Numbered from the stretch's first letter, positions 41,866-53,004 are shown. The stretch is 64,000 nt of DNA from Flavobacterium sp. (GCF_040402895.1 NZ_JBBALR010000004.1:90080-154079); one strand, 5' to 3'. Numbers and translations are program-made. The notes: generated by a model not told the origin, from the letters alone.

Positions 41866-42582
41866 TTACTTCAAATCCCATAAACTATTAACGGTCAAAT
41901 ATCTTTCAACAGTAAAACCTTCAGCATACTCCACTCCTACTAAACGTCCTAAATCCATAGCACGATACTCGATACTATCTAAAAAGTTTTTTGAAGTAAT
42001 TGGTGTGTTGGGTTCGTTGGAATTTGGATTATAAAATTGGGTTGCATAAGCTTTTACTGCTTTCATTTTTACATCCATAAACTCGGAAACATCCACTACA
42101 AAATCGGGTTCAATAGTTTGCCATTGTATGTAATGATAGACCAATTTTGGTCGGTAATGCGTTTGTTTTTCGCCATTTAATTCGGTTTCAATTTTAGTTA
42201 AACCGGATAAAAAACAAGCGTCACTAACTAATTTACTTCCTTTTTCGTGGTCGATATGTCGGTCTGCAATAGCGTTACACAACACAATTTCAGGTTGGTA
42301 TTTACGTATCATTTTAATGATTTCCAATTGATGGGCTTCATCATTCACAAAAAAACCATCTCTGAAATTTAGATTTTCACGAATAGTAACCCCTAAAATT
42401 TTCGCAGCTTCAGCAGCTTCTTCCTCTCGGGTTTGCGCCGTGCCTCGAGTACCTAATTCACCACGAGTTAAATCGATAATTCCCACTTTTTTACCAAGTG
42501 AAATTTCTTTGGCAAGTGTTCCTGAACAACCTAATTCCACATCATCTGGATGTGCCCCGAAAGCTAATATATCTAATTTCAC
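41866..42582 (-). CDS. bshB1: bacillithiol biosynthesis deacetylase BshB1 (LmbE family)
   Basis: N-terminal ILAFGAHPDDVELGCSGT and the HIDH motif. 238 aa. Confidence 0.85.
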   Translation of the reverse strand: MKLDILAFGAHPDDVELGCSGTLAKEISLGKKVGIIDLTRGELGTRGTAQTREEEAAEAAKILGVTIRENLNFRDGFFVNDEAHQLEIIKMIRKYQPEIVLCNAIADRHIDHEKGSKLVSDACFLSGLTKIETELNGEKQTHYRPKLVYHYIQWQTIEPDFVVDVSEFMDVKMKAVKAYATQFYNPNSNEPNTPITSKNFLDSIEYRAMDLGRLVGVEYAEGFTVERYLTVNSLWDLK

Positions 42583-43622
42583 AACTTTTTACTTTTTACT
42601 AAAATATCCCAAATCGTCAAGGCTTTATTTTCTGTTTCTAAAAATTCTTTGTCAGCTTGACTATCTTTTGTAATGCCGCAACCTACATAAAGAATTGTAT
42701 TTTGACTTTCAATTTCACAACACCTCAAATTTACAAATAAATTCGTTTGTTCTTGCATTTTATATTCACCTAAAAATCCAGCATAATATTTCCTATTGTA
42801 CTTTTCGTTTTCTAAAATAAAATTTCTGGCGGCTTCTAATGGCATGCCACAAACGGCAGAGGTTGGATGTAAGGCATTAATTAAATCGTTTTCAGAAATA
42901 TCTGTTTTTAATTTTCCAGAAATATCTGTTTTTAAATGGGCTAAATTACCCGCTTTTTGTGTATATGGTTCTGAAATTTGTAAACTTTCTACCAAGTTTT
43001 CAGTACTTTTTCTGATGTAATCTGTTACCAACTGCTGTTCAACTATTTCCTTTTCTTGCCAAGTAATTGTCTCCGAAAAAACCTGAGTTCCAGCTAAAGC
43101 AACGGTTTCAAAAATGTTGTTTTTAATTTTTATTAATTGCTCTGGGGTAGCGCCCATCCACAAACCTACTTTTGGGTGAAACCATAAATATCGGAAAGCT
43201 GTTGGGTATTTTTTTAATATATTTTGATACGATTTTATACTGTTTATCGATTGCGAAAGTTCAATTTTACGTGACAAAACGATTTTTGTAAAGGTCTCTT
43301 TTTCAATTTCAGAAATTCCTTTTTTAACTAAATCTTCAAAATGATTTTGAAGTCGTTCATTAGATTTATATTCAATTTGAACCAAATCATCTACTACGTC
43401 AAAATCTATTTTCTCTTGTAAAAATTCTGAATCAGACAAAGGAAAAACAACATTTGTTTCCTTATAAAAGCTAGCAAAAACAAACCCTATTTGATTTTCA
43501 AATGTATGTAAAGTCGCATCATTTTGAAAAACACCCTGCAAAATGTCTTCATTTGGCTTGGCAAATAACACAAAGGGCAATTGGTTTTGAAAATAAAAAT
43601 CGACTTTTTCTAACAAGTTCAT
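42579..43622 (-). CDS. menF: isochorismate synthase (chorismate-binding enzyme)
   Basis: 347 aa. C-terminal chorismate-binding motifs (LHPTSAVCG, YYAGFLGEY, NLRCCEI, VGCGIT). 4-nt overlap with bshB1. Confidence 0.78.
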   Translation of the reverse strand: MNLLEKVDFYFQNQLPFVLFAKPNEDILQGVFQNDATLHTFENQIGFVFASFYKETNVVFPLSDSEFLQEKIDFDVVDDLVQIEYKSNERLQNHFEDLVKKGISEIEKETFTKIVLSRKIELSQSINSIKSYQNILKKYPTAFRYLWFHPKVGLWMGATPEQLIKIKNNIFETVALAGTQVFSETITWQEKEIVEQQLVTDYIRKSTENLVESLQISEPYTQKAGNLAHLKTDISGKLKTDISENDLINALHPTSAVCGMPLEAARNFILENEKYNRKYYAGFLGEYKMQEQTNLFVNLRCCEIESQNTILYVGCGITKDSQADKEFLETENKALTIWDILVKSKKL

Positions 43623-44047
43623 TATCTGTCTCTTCTTGATAAAACCATATTAGACAATTTACATAAAGAAATTAATTTGTCGTTTTCATCTACAATTTTA
43701 ATTTCCCACAAATGAATACTGGCTCCTTTATGAATAATTTTTGCTGTACAAAAAACGGTGCCTTCTCTTTTACTACGTAAATGGTTGGCACTAATTTCGA
43801 TACCACGAACTTCTTGTTTTTCTGGATTGATGAACATCAATGAAGCGGCACTTCCCACGCTTTCTGCTAAAGCCACTGTAGCACCACCGTGCAACAATCC
43901 CATGGGTTGATGTACTCTTGAATTTACTGGCATTCTTGCTTTTAAAAAATCTTCACCGGCATCAATATACTCGATTTCTAGGGTTTCCATTAACGTATTT
44001 TTAGACCATTCGTTACAAAGTGCTAAAAATTTTTCTTTATTAAACAT
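43622..44047 (-). CDS. hotdog-fold thioesterase (PaaI / DHNA-CoA thioesterase-like)
   Basis: 141 aa with LHGGATVALAES. TAATG overlap with menF. Confidence 0.75.
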   Translation of the reverse strand: MFNKEKFLALCNEWSKNTLMETLEIEYIDAGEDFLKARMPVNSRVHQPMGLLHGGATVALAESVGSAASLMFINPEKQEVRGIEISANHLRSKREGTVFCTAKIIHKGASIHLWEIKIVDENDKLISLCKLSNMVLSRRDR

Positions 44048-44198
44048 AAATAGTTATTTTTACAAAGTTACAAATTTATATTTTCGAATAAAAATATACC
44101 AAAACGAAGTTTTTTTCGTTTAAAATCAAGTTACCACGAATTACCTCAAATCAATATTAAAATTTGAAGCTAATTCATTTCATAAAATAATAAAATAT

Positions 44199-45746
44199 AT
44201 GCGTCAGTTACTACTTTTTCTTGGAATAATTGCTACTTTTTGTTTCTCGTCGTGCAGAAACGAACTTGATTTTGAACCGAGTATTGGTACCTTAACTTTT
44301 TCTAAAGAAACCGTGTATTTAGATACCGTTTTTACGAATATTGGTTCCAGTACCTATACTTTAAAAGTATACAACAATAGCAACAAAAACATATCTATTC
44401 CAAAAGTTAGATTGGGAAAAGGGCAAAGTTCAAATTACCGATTAATGGTAGATGGCGTACCTGGAAAAGAGTTTGAAAATGTAGAACTTTTAGCCAAAGA
44501 CAGCTTGTTTGTTTTTATTGAAATCACGTCAAATATTGCCAATGCCAATCCAACCGATTTTTTATATACTGATAGAATTGAGTTTGGCGACACCAATACT
44601 TATCAAAAAGTAGAATTGGTTACGTTGATTCAAGATGCTGTTTTTATTTATCCAGAAAGAACGGGTAGTCCAAATAATTATACCTACGAACAAATTAATT
44701 TAGGAACAAACACAGAACCTGTAAACATTACCGGTACTAATTTAAGCGAAACAGATGCCACAAACGGAAACGAGCTACATTGGACCAATACAAAACCCTA
44801 TGTAGTATATGGTTTCGCTAAAATTCCTGAAACGAAAACACTAGTTGTTGATCCTGGAACAAGGGTGCACTTTCATGCTAACTCAGGTTTAATTGTAGCT
44901 GCAAATGCGCATTTACAAGTGAATGGAAATGTATCTACAACCGACGATTTAGAAAACGAAGTAATATTTGAAGGCGATCGTTTAGAGCCAAATTATAGTG
45001 ATGTCCCTGGACAATGGTTAGCAGTATTATTTATGGGAGGCAGCAATCAAAATGTTATAAAAAATTTAACCATTAAAAATGCAACTGTAGGTATGTTAGT
45101 TTCAAATAATGACGGAACAACAACTCCAACTATTGATATGATGAATGTCCAAATTTACAATTGTGCCAATGTAGGAATTTTAGCAAGAACAGGAAATATT
45201 ACAGGTAAAAACGTGGTAATTAATAATTGCGGACAAACCAGTTTAGCTTGTACGTATGGTGGAAGTTACGACTTCACACATTGTACATTTGCTAATTATT
45301 GGAGTTCGCCAAGTCAAACAAGTTTGGTGTTAACCAATGAAAATATAAGCAGCACGGTTCAAACTTCATTAACACAAGCGGATTTTAAAAACTGTATTTT
45401 CTATGGTTCTAGTAATTTTGGAATTGCATTAGAAAAAACAGGAGCCGTTTTTAATTATAAATTTGATAATTGCTTGATTAAATTTGTTGATTATAACAAC
45501 CAAATAAGTAACAATCCTTTATATCAATTTTCTACAAATACATCAAAATATGTAGGGTGCATTTTCGCAACCAATTCAACAACAAACAAACCTGAATTTA
45601 AAAATACGAATTTAAATAATTTCCGCATTAATGAAAATTCCATATGTAGAAACAATGCCAATTTTGCGTATTCGTTTCCACTAGATATTGTTGGGACAAC
45701 TAGGACAAATCCTTCCGATATTGGTGCTTATGAATATTTACCATAA
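44199..45746 (+). CDS. lipoprotein of unknown function, probable right-handed beta-helix
   Basis: Lipobox FSSC. Asn/Gly/Thr-rich repetitive C-terminal half (NCANVGILARTGNITGKNVVINNCG). Confidence 0.5.
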   Translation: MRQLLLFLGIIATFCFSSCRNELDFEPSIGTLTFSKETVYLDTVFTNIGSSTYTLKVYNNSNKNISIPKVRLGKGQSSNYRLMVDGVPGKEFENVELLAKDSLFVFIEITSNIANANPTDFLYTDRIEFGDTNTYQKVELVTLIQDAVFIYPERTGSPNNYTYEQINLGTNTEPVNITGTNLSETDATNGNELHWTNTKPYVVYGFAKIPETKTLVVDPGTRVHFHANSGLIVAANAHLQVNGNVSTTDDLENEVIFEGDRLEPNYSDVPGQWLAVLFMGGSNQNVIKNLTIKNATVGMLVSNNDGTTTPTIDMMNVQIYNCANVGILARTGNITGKNVVINNCGQTSLACTYGGSYDFTHCTFANYWSSPSQTSLVLTNENISSTVQTSLTQADFKNCIFYGSSNFGIALEKTGAVFNYKFDNCLIKFVDYNNQISNNPLYQFSTNTSKYVGCIFATNSTTNKPEFKNTNLNNFRINENSICRNNANFAYSFPLDIVGTTRTNPSDIGAYEYLP

Positions 45747-45757
45747 ATTTAAAATTT

Positions 45758-45786
45758 AGAGCGGTTTTTACCGCTCTTTTTTTTTA
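45758..45786 (+). terminator. Rho-independent terminator
   Basis: AGAGCGG-TTTTTA-CCGCTCT followed by T9. Confidence 0.8.
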
Positions 45787-45804
45787 TACTTTAAGAAGAA
45801 AGTT

Positions 45805-45812
45805 TAACTTTG
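45805..45812 (+). promoter_or_regulatory. -7 box TAACTTTG upstream of purL
   Basis: Matches TAnnTTTG, 55 nt before the purL ATG. Confidence 0.45.
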
Positions 45813-45867
45813 CATCAGAAACAACTAACACAACTGAAATAACATTCAGTTCAAGCAACTCAACTTT

Positions 45868-48800
45868 ATGATTTTTTTCTTTGGAAACCAAAGCAATACC
45901 GTTTTTGCAGTTCAGACTCAATCTGAAATTTCTACCGAAAACATCCAAAAACTTAACTGGTTATTTGGTGAAACACAACAAATAAACAACAAAACAATTT
46001 CTGAAAATTTTGTAGGACCTCGTGCGGCTATGGTGACTCCTTGGAGTACCAATGCCGTTGAAATTACACAAAATATGGGTATTTCAGGAATTATCAGAAT
46101 TGAAGAATTTCAAAAAGTAAGTGCAGATTTCGGTGATTTTGATCCAATGTTGTTTCAAAAATATGCAGCATTACAACAAGATATTTTCACCATAAATATT
46201 CAACCTGAACCTATTCTAGAAATTGACGATATTGCGGGATATAACAAAACTGAAGGTTTGGCTTTAAGTCCGGAAGAAGTCGAGTATTTAAATAATTTAG
46301 CTACTAAATTAAATAGAAAACTTACCGATTCTGAAATATTTGCCTTTTCACAAGCCAATTCAGAACACTGCCGTCATAAAATTTTCAACGGAACTTTTGT
46401 TGTAGATGGCGAAGAAAAAGCAACATCGTTATTCAAATTAATTAGAAAAACATCGGAAACCAATCCTAATGATATCGTTTCAGCATATAAAGATAATGTG
46501 GCTTTTGTTAAAGGTCCAAAAGTAACCCAGTTTGCACCAAAAAGTGCCGAAAAACCAGACTTTTACGAAGAAAAAGAATTTGATTCCGTATTATCCTTAA
46601 AAGCAGAAACACACAATTTTCCAACTACTGTTGAACCATTTAATGGCGCTGCAACCGGTTCTGGAGGAGAAATTCGCGACCGTTTAGCCGGAGGTCAAGG
46701 TTCTTTGCCTTTGGCAGGAACAGCCGTTTACATGACATCGTATTCACGATTAAATGAGGAGCTTCCTTGGGAAACCGATATGGCAGCTCGCCCTTGGTTG
46801 TACCAAACGCCAATGGATATTTTAATTAAAGCCTCAAACGGTGCATCCGATTTTGGAAATAAATTTGGACAACCTTTAATTACGGGTTCTATTTTAACTT
46901 TTGAACACGAAGAAGCGGCTCGTAAATTAGGTTACGATAAAGTAATCATGCAAGCGGGTGGAATTGGCTATGGAAAATTAGATCAAGCCATTAAAAAGAA
47001 ACCTACAGCGGGCGATAAAATTGTGATTCTGGGTGGTGAAAATTATAGAATTGGAATGGGAGGCGCCGCGGTTTCTTCAGCAGATACAGGTGCTTTTGGT
47101 TCAGGAATTGAACTAAATGCGATACAACGTTCCAATCCAGAAATGCAAAAACGTGCCGCCAATGCCATTCGTGGCTTGGTAGAAAGTGATAACAATCCGA
47201 TTGTTTCTATTCACGATCACGGTGCGGGTGGACATTTAAATTGTTTATCTGAACTGGTTGAAGAAACAGGGGGATTAATAGATTTGGACAAGTTACCCGT
47301 TGGTGACCCTACCCTTTCTGCGAAAGAAATCATCGGAAACGAATCGCAAGAAAGAATGGGATTGGTTATTGGTCAAAAAGACATGGAAACTCTTCAACGT
47401 ATTGCTGATAGAGAGCGTTCTCCAATGTATGAAGTGGGTGATGTAACCAACGACCATCGATTTACTTTTAAGTCGAAATCTACGGGGTTGAAACCTATGG
47501 ATTATGCTTTAGAGGATTTCTTTGGAAGTTCACCAAAAACCATCATGAATGACAAAACAATTGCTAGAAAGTATAGTAATTCGGAATATAAAGCCAGTGA
47601 AATTCCAACCTATTTAAATCATGTTTTACGATTAGAAGCTGTGGCTTGTAAAGATTGGTTAACCAATAAAGTAGACCGTTGTGTGGGTGGAAAAGTAGCC
47701 AAACAACAATGTGCAGGTCCGTTACAATTACCTTTGAATAATGTAGGTGTAATGGCTTTAGATTATAAAGGAAAAGAAGGAATTGCCACTTCTATTGGGC
47801 ACGCTCCTATTTCAGCTTTAATTGATCCTGTGGCTGGAAGTAGAAATGCTATTGCAGAATCATTATCAAATTTAGTTTGGGCGCCATTAAAAGAAGGTTT
47901 AGCATCGGTTTCATTATCGGCAAACTGGATGTGGGCTTGTAAAAACGAAGGCGAAGATGCCCGTTTATACGAAGCTGTAAAAGGATGTTCAGATTTTGCT
48001 ATCGAATTGGGAATCAACATTCCAACAGGAAAAGATTCCTTATCAATGAAACAAAAATATCCAAATGACGAAGTAATTGCACCAGGAACGGTGATTATTT
48101 CGGCAGCAGGAAATTGTTCGAATATTACTAAAGTAGTGGAACCTGTTTTACAACGTAATGGCGGAAACATTTACTACATCAATTTATCACAAGATACTTT
48201 TAAATTAGGAGGTTCTTCTTTTTATCAAACGCAAAATAAAGTTGGAAATGAAACGTCAACTATTAAAGACGCTGCATTTTTTAAGAAAGCGTTCAATACG
48301 TTACAAGATTTAATAAAAGAAAGAAAAATAAAAGCCGGACACGATATTGGAAGTGGTGGTTTGATTACTACTTTATTAGAAATGTCATTCGCAGAAGTAG
48401 GTTTAGGTGCTACATACGATTTAAGCGTTTTAGGTGAAACCGATACCGTTAAAACCTTATTTAATGAAAATATCGGAGTGGTTTTCCAAGCAAATGCTGA
48501 AGTTGAAGCTACATGTAAAGCTAACGGCATTACGATACATAAAATCGGAAATGTTACTGAAGGCGATGTCGTTTCAATTTCTAATTTTAGTGATTCGTTT
48601 AACTTCTCGGTAACAGAAACTAGAAAAACTTGGTTTGAAACATCTTATTTATTAGACCAAAAACAAACGAAGAACGGCAAAGCAAAAGAACGTTTTGAGA
48701 ATTTTGACAAACAACCTTTACAATTTACATTTCCATCGCAATTTGATGGTAAATTACCCGTAATTCCTGCTGGTGCAAGACCAAAAGCTGCTATTATTCG

Positions 48801-49530
48801 TGAAAAAGGGAGTAATTCTGAACGAGAAATGGCAAATGCGATGTTCTTAGCCGGATTTGATGTAAAAGACGTGCACATGACCGATTTAATTTCGGGACGT
48901 GAAACCTTAGAAGGCATTCAATTTATTGGTGCTGTGGGTGGTTTCTCTAATTCTGATGTATTGGGTTCGGCAAAAGGTTGGGCAGGTGCCTTTTTATATA
49001 ACGAAAAAGCCAATACCGCTTTAAAAAATTTCTTTAAAAGAGAAGATACACTTTCTGTAGGAATTTGTAACGGGTGCCAATTGATGATGGAATTAGAGTT
49101 AATTAATCCAGAACATGACGTACACGGAAAAATGAAACATAACGATTCAAACAAACATGAAAGTGGTTTTACTTCTGTGAAAATTCAAAAAAACAACTCG
49201 GTGATGCTTTCTACTTTAGAAGGTACTACTTTAGGGGTTTGGATTTCGCACGGTGAAGGAAAATTCAATTTACCAATGCCTGAAAACCAATATAATATTG
49301 TTGCAAAATATGGCTATGAAGGGTATCCTGCCAATCCAAATGGTTCGGATTATAATACTGCGATGATGTGTGACACTTCTGGTCGACATTTAGTAATGAT
49401 GCCACATATTGAGCGTTCTACGTTCCCTTGGAATTGGGCAAATTATCCAAATAGAGAACAAAAAGATGCCGTTTCTCCTTGGTTAGAAGCGTTTGTTAAT
49501 GCTAGAAAATGGATAGATGAGAGAAAATAA
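45868..49530 (+). CDS. purL: phosphoribosylformylglycinamidine synthase (single-chain large PurL)
   Basis: 1220 aa. FGAM synthase core (HNFPTTVEPFNGAATGSGGEIRD) and a C-terminal glutaminase with nucleophile GICNGCQ. Confidence 0.95.
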   Translation: MIFFFGNQSNTVFAVQTQSEISTENIQKLNWLFGETQQINNKTISENFVGPRAAMVTPWSTNAVEITQNMGISGIIRIEEFQKVSADFGDFDPMLFQKYAALQQDIFTINIQPEPILEIDDIAGYNKTEGLALSPEEVEYLNNLATKLNRKLTDSEIFAFSQANSEHCRHKIFNGTFVVDGEEKATSLFKLIRKTSETNPNDIVSAYKDNVAFVKGPKVTQFAPKSAEKPDFYEEKEFDSVLSLKAETHNFPTTVEPFNGAATGSGGEIRDRLAGGQGSLPLAGTAVYMTSYSRLNEELPWETDMAARPWLYQTPMDILIKASNGASDFGNKFGQPLITGSILTFEHEEAARKLGYDKVIMQAGGIGYGKLDQAIKKKPTAGDKIVILGGENYRIGMGGAAVSSADTGAFGSGIELNAIQRSNPEMQKRAANAIRGLVESDNNPIVSIHDHGAGGHLNCLSELVEETGGLIDLDKLPVGDPTLSAKEIIGNESQERMGLVIGQKDMETLQRIADRERSPMYEVGDVTNDHRFTFKSKSTGLKPMDYALEDFFGSSPKTIMNDKTIARKYSNSEYKASEIPTYLNHVLRLEAVACKDWLTNKVDRCVGGKVAKQQCAGPLQLPLNNVGVMALDYKGKEGIATSIGHAPISALIDPVAGSRNAIAESLSNLVWAPLKEGLASVSLSANWMWACKNEGEDARLYEAVKGCSDFAIELGINIPTGKDSLSMKQKYPNDEVIAPGTVIISAAGNCSNITKVVEPVLQRNGGNIYYINLSQDTFKLGGSSFYQTQNKVGNETSTIKDAAFFKKAFNTLQDLIKERKIKAGHDIGSGGLITTLLEMSFAEVGLGATYDLSVLGETDTVKTLFNENIGVVFQANAEVEATCKANGITIHKIGNVTEGDVVSISNFSDSFNFSVTETRKTWFETSYLLDQKQTKNGKAKERFENFDKQPLQFTFPSQFDGKLPVIPAGARPKAAIIREKGSNSEREMANAMFLAGFDVKDVHMTDLISGRETLEGIQFIGAVGGFSNSDVLGSAKGWAGAFLYNEKANTALKNFFKREDTLSVGICNGCQLMMELELINPEHDVHGKMKHNDSNKHESGFTSVKIQKNNSVMLSTLEGTTLGVWISHGEGKFNLPMPENQYNIVAKYGYEGYPANPNGSDYNTAMMCDTSGRHLVMMPHIERSTFPWNWANYPNREQKDAVSPWLEAFVNARKWIDERK

Positions 49531-49568
49531 AAAAAGGGCTGTTTCAATGAAACAGCCCTTTTATTTTA
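49531..49568. terminator. bidirectional terminator between purL and ettA
   Basis: AAGGGCTGTTTC-AAT-GAAACAGCCCTT flanked by A- and T-runs. Confidence 0.85.
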
Positions 49569-49576
49569 TATCCAAA

Positions 49577-51268
49577 TTATCTAATTAATTTCTTGTATTT
49601 AATTCGAGTTGGTGTAACATCTTTACCTAATCGTTTGCGTTTGTTTTCTTCGTATTCTGTAAAACTTCCTTCAAAACTATATACTTGTGACTCGCCTTCA
49701 AAAGCTAAAATGTGCGTACAAACGCGGTCTAAAAACCATCTGTCGTGAGAAATGATAACGGCACAACCTGCAAAGTTTTCCAACCCTTCTTCCAAAGCAC
49801 GAAGTGTGTTTACATCTAAATCATTTGTTGGCTCATCTAAAAGCAAGACATTTCCTTCTTCTTTTAATGTCATAGCTAAATGAAGACGGTTTCGTTCTCC
49901 ACCAGATAATGTAGACACTTTTTTATTTTGATCGCTTCCACCAAAATTAAAACGTGATAAATACGCACGAGAGTTTACTTGACGACCACCCATCATAATT
50001 AATTCTTGTCCATCACAAAAGTTTTCCCAAAGCGTTTTGTTGACATCAATATTTGAGTGCGATTGATCTACATAAGAAATTTTTACTGTTTCTCCGATAT
50101 CAAAAGTTCCAGCATCCGCTTTTTGTTCGCCCATTATCATTTTGAAAATGGTTGATTTACCAGCGCCATTCGGACCGATAATTCCAACAATTCCAGCTTG
50201 TGGCAAAACAAAATTCAAATCGTCGTATAATAATTTATCCCCAAATGCTTTCGCCACATTTTTCGCTTCAATAACATTGGTTCCTAAACGAGGTCCATTA
50301 GGAATGTAGATTTCTAATTTCTCGTCTAATTCTTTTTGATCTTCGTTTAATAATTTATCGTAATTCTGTAAACGTGCTTTCTGCTTGGTCTGACGACCTT
50401 TTGCTCCTTGACGTACCCAATCTAATTCGCGCTCTAAATTTTTTCTTCTTTTAGAAGCTACTTTTTCTTCTTGAGCCATTCTGTTAGATTTTTGCTCTAA
50501 CCAAGACGAGTAATTTCCTTTCCACGGAATACCTTCACCTCTATCCAATTCTAAAATCCAACCCGCAACATTATCTAAGAAATATCTATCGTGCGTAACG
50601 GCAATTACCGTTCCTGAATATTGTGCTAAATGCTGTTCTAACCAAAGTACTGATTCGGCATCTAAGTGGTTGGTTGGCTCATCTAATAATAATACATCCG
50701 GTTGTTGTAATAGTAAACGACATAAAGCCACACGACGTTTTTCTCCACCAGACAACACATGAATAGGTGTTTCAGGGTCTGGAGTACGGAGTGCATCCAT
50801 TGCGATTTCTAACTTAGTATCAATTTCCCAAGCGCCACAAGCATCAATTTTGTCTTGTAATTCCGCTTGACGATCCATAAGTTTTTCCATTTTTTCTGGA
50901 TTCTCATAAACTTCAGGCAAACCAAAATCGTCATTAATTTTATTAAATTCAGCTAATAATTCAAACGTTTCAGCAGCACCTTCGCGTACGATATCAATAA
51001 CTGTTTTGGTTTCGTCTAATTGTGGCTCTTGCTCCAAATAACCAACGGTGTAACCGGGTTGAAAAACCACATCACCTTGATAATTTTTGTCAATTCCAGC
51101 AATAATTTTCAATAAAGATGATTTTCCAGAACCATTAAGTCCTAGAATACCAATTTTAGCTCCGTAAAAGAAACTCAAATAGATGTTTTTTAATACTTGC
51201 TTATCTGCACCTGGATAACTTTTACTCAATTTTTGCATTGAGAAAATTACTTTCTTATCGTCTGACAT
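49577..51268 (-). CDS. ettA: energy-dependent translational throttle protein EttA (ABC-F)
   Basis: 563 aa. Two ABC cassettes (GLNGSGKSS/LSGGEKRR and GPNGAGKST/LSGGERNR) and no TM domain. Confidence 0.93.
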   Translation of the reverse strand: MSDDKKVIFSMQKLSKSYPGADKQVLKNIYLSFFYGAKIGILGLNGSGKSSLLKIIAGIDKNYQGDVVFQPGYTVGYLEQEPQLDETKTVIDIVREGAAETFELLAEFNKINDDFGLPEVYENPEKMEKLMDRQAELQDKIDACGAWEIDTKLEIAMDALRTPDPETPIHVLSGGEKRRVALCRLLLQQPDVLLLDEPTNHLDAESVLWLEQHLAQYSGTVIAVTHDRYFLDNVAGWILELDRGEGIPWKGNYSSWLEQKSNRMAQEEKVASKRRKNLERELDWVRQGAKGRQTKQKARLQNYDKLLNEDQKELDEKLEIYIPNGPRLGTNVIEAKNVAKAFGDKLLYDDLNFVLPQAGIVGIIGPNGAGKSTIFKMIMGEQKADAGTFDIGETVKISYVDQSHSNIDVNKTLWENFCDGQELIMMGGRQVNSRAYLSRFNFGGSDQNKKVSTLSGGERNRLHLAMTLKEEGNVLLLDEPTNDLDVNTLRALEEGLENFAGCAVIISHDRWFLDRVCTHILAFEGESQVYSFEGSFTEYEENKRKRLGKDVTPTRIKYKKLIR

Positions 51269-51910
51269 TATTATTTTTATTTATTATTAAGTAATTGATT
51301 TTAAATTAGTTATAAAATTATGAATTTAATAAACATGCTATTTTTACATAAAATATTGCCACTTATCGTTCCCACTTTTGATAATAATTTAAATATATAA
51401 TTTTGTTTTCATTATTTATAAAACTTTAAAAACTTCTACAAAGATAGTTTTAAATAAAAAGAATGCAAATGATGAATTTGGAATTCTTAGTATTCAATCT
51501 TTTGTTAATGGTAAAAAAATTAAAAAGAGTATGAGTATCAGAGTAACAATTGATGATTTTAATTCTGATTTTTTCTTTCAATTCAAAAGAAACAATATTT
51601 AAAGATATCAATTCCAAATTAAGTGAGTGTATTTAAAAGGTTGAAAATAGTATAGACATTACAAAAGGATCTAAGAGCGATATTACTCAATAATTGATAA
51701 AGTTGAAAATAGATTGCCATTTATTTAGTATTTCATAAATCAAAAAGCACCAATTTTACAAAAGGTGATTTTTTTTGGTAAAAAAACATAAAAATTAACA
51801 TAAAAAAGTGTCTTGTAACAGTTAGTTAACTATTTAATTTTGTTTTTATAAAATTCAATTTACATTAAAAAAACTCGTACAAACTAAATTTAGTGAAAAA
51901 TTAATATTTT

Positions 51911-52621
51911 ATGAAATACATTAATTCTGCTTTTAAATTCATACATCAAAACCTGTTTTTTTATACCATAAATGGTCTACTATTTATAGCTCTTATTGTA
52001 TTATCTTCCGTTTTTTCTCATAGCCAAGGTTTTATATGGCTCAATCAAACTCACACAAAAGAACTTACTTATTTATTTGAAGGAATTACTTTTTTAGGCG
52101 ATGGTTGGTTCATAATCTTACTTTCTATCTTTTTGTTATTATTTTCTAAAAAACACAATAAATTAGCCTTTATAATTTTGTTATCTTATATTAGTTCTGG
52201 AATTTTTTCGCAACTACTCAAAAATTGTATTTCATCTCCCAGACCATTAACTTATTTTGAAATTCATCATTACAAGTATTATTTAGAGACTTTTGCTAAA
52301 AGTAGGGATGGCTACAATAGCTTTCCATCTGGACACACCGCTTCCTTTTTTGCTTTAGCAACCGTTATTGCAAACTATTTCAGACAAAAACACATCTGCT
52401 TTACAATGATTATTTTAAGTATTGCAGTAGGATACTCCAGAATTTATTTAGGGCATCATTTCTTGATAGATGTTATATTTGGAGCCATAATAGGCGTTTT
52501 GTTTGGCTCTTTTTCGGCAGTTTGGACAAAAAAAATTATAAAGAATACTTTAATAAGAAAAAAAATAAAAAAATGGAAACGACGAACAACCTTTTTTCCA
52601 AATCCTTCTTTTAATAACTAA
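51911..52621 (+). CDS. PAP2-family phosphatase (membrane)
   Basis: Acid phosphatase motifs KNCISSPRP, PSGHT and SRIYLGHHFLIDV. Multiple TM helices. Confidence 0.8.
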   Translation: MKYINSAFKFIHQNLFFYTINGLLFIALIVLSSVFSHSQGFIWLNQTHTKELTYLFEGITFLGDGWFIILLSIFLLLFSKKHNKLAFIILLSYISSGIFSQLLKNCISSPRPLTYFEIHHYKYYLETFAKSRDGYNSFPSGHTASFFALATVIANYFRQKHICFTMIILSIAVGYSRIYLGHHFLIDVIFGAIIGVLFGSFSAVWTKKIIKNTLIRKKIKKWKRRTTFFPNPSFNN

Positions 52622-52624
52622 CGG

Positions 52625-53002
52625 ATGGATTTTGTTCGCTTTGTAAAGTTTGGATTTGTTGGTTTTTCTGGGCTAATTGTTGATTTTGGCATCACTTGGA
52701 TTTTCAAAGAAAAATTAAAAATCAACAAATATCTTGCAAACAGTGTTGGCTTTTTATTTGGGGTAACCAACAATTACTTTCTAAATCGGTATTTTACTTT
52801 TCAAAATCATAATCCAAATATAGGTAATCAATTTATTAGTTTTCTTGTAATTGCCATTATTGGATTTGCTATAAATACTGGATTTCTATATTTGCTTCAA
52901 AAAAAGACTAAAATAAATTTTTATGTTTGCAAATTCCTTGTTACATTAATTGTGTTTTTCTGGAATTTTGGGGCTAATAGTTTTTACACTTTCAAAGTCT
53001 AA
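52625..53002 (+). CDS. GtrA-family membrane protein
   Basis: 125 aa with 4 TM helices and the N-terminal FVKFGFVGFSGLIVDFG pattern of GtrA. Confidence 0.78.
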   Translation: MDFVRFVKFGFVGFSGLIVDFGITWIFKEKLKINKYLANSVGFLFGVTNNYFLNRYFTFQNHNPNIGNQFISFLVIAIIGFAINTGFLYLLQKKTKINFYVCKFLVTLIVFFWNFGANSFYTFKV

Positions 53003-53004
53003 CA

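Noticed and set aside
51269-51910. Small ORFs or structured RNA in the long ettA / PAP2 intergenic tract.
   Set aside because: Only 23-aa chance ORFs (MQMMNLEFLVFNLLLMVKKLKRV, MSIRVTIDDFNSDFFFQFKRNNI) and one weak hairpin (~51745-51778). The sequence is extremely AT-rich, with no convincing structure.
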